64,000 bases of DNA. It comes from a virus (lineage: Duplodnaviria > Heunggongvirae > Uroviricota > Caudoviricetes). The notes under the pieces are model-generated. The model made no database searches. It was not told the origin of the DNA and saw nothing but the letters and a program-made list of their open reading frames with translations. The stretch is taken from IMG/VR virus record IMGVR_UViG_3300042892_004104; one strand, written 5' to 3'. This document shows positions 63,684 to 64,000 of this stretch, piece by piece. Positions within the stretch are counted from its first letter, which is position 1. Every line of letters starts with the position of its first letter. The position numbers were made by a program, and so were the translations under genes.

Positions 63684-64000
63684 ATGGCTTATTTAGGTAA
63701 TACACCGCAGATTGGACAGTATCGCAAAATGGATGCACTGGCCTTCAACGGGGTCACACAGACATTCAACATCACAGTGGGTGGTGTGAGTTTTTCTCCA
63801 CCCACATCGTTGTCCATGTTGGTGGTACTCAATGGCGAACCGCAGAATCCTGGGGTAGACTTCAGTATCAATGCTGCAACCATCAGCTTTGCAGTGGCAC
63901 CAGTCAACAACACGCCTTTCTTTGCACTGTTGTTTGGAGACACACTATATACTGGCACGCCAAGCGATGCCACAGTGATCAACAGCAAGATTGCCAATGG
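63684..64000 (+). CDS. Fibre-type virion protein, truncated by the window edge (not in ORF track)
   Basis: AAGGA Shine-Dalgarno; MAYLGNTPQIGQYRKMDALAFNGVTQTFNITV...VLNGEPQNPGVDFSI, open to 64000. Confidence 0.75.
   Translation, partial: MAYLGNTPQIGQYRKMDALAFNGVTQTFNITVGGVSFSPPTSLSMLVVLNGEPQNPGVDFSINAATISFAVAPVNNTPFFALLFGDTLYTGTPSDATVINSKIAN

Noticed and set aside
53261-63997. Long antisense ORFs rich in PPVMLPVA
   Set aside because: These are the reverse-complement reading of the GN-rich repeat codons, not independent genes.
1-64000. Stop-codon reassignment, as in some large phages
   Set aside because: Conserved genes read through full length in code 11 and coding density is high; no fragmented core genes.

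Overview
64-kb segment of a large T4-like (myovirus-type) phage genome. No cellular housekeeping genes, tRNAs, CRISPR arrays or IS elements were recognised. Layout: (i) 1-24.8 kb, minus-strand baseplate/tail module, including a >4,050-codon ORF that is absent from the ORF track because it runs off the left edge. (ii) 24.9-38.5 kb, plus strand: gp55 late sigma, gp47 and gp46, interrupted and followed by two visibly AT-richer accessory islands. Island 1 sits between gp47 and gp46 and encodes an adenylate-forming enzyme, a Bug/TctC solute-binding protein and an apparently intact NagG/NagH-type (salicylate 5-hydroxylase-like) Rieske oxygenase alpha/beta pair with no electron-transfer partners. Island 2 holds two tandem [PLP enzyme + small protein] units and a B12-binding radical SAM enzyme. 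(iii) A GIY-YIG gene whose 3' end runs into a ~380-nt highly structured non-coding region. (iv) A minus-strand block: a gp26-like/gp51-like pair joined by a canonical -1 slippery site, then DUF1415-like, ATE_C-like and DUF6614-like genes. (v) 41.2-64 kb, plus strand: tape-measure-like protein with an M15 peptidase, portal, prohead core, protease, scaffold, major capsid protein and Gly/Asn-rich fibre genes. A TAAATA late-promoter motif precedes most structural genes. Family assignments come from motif recognition by eye, not from database searches.
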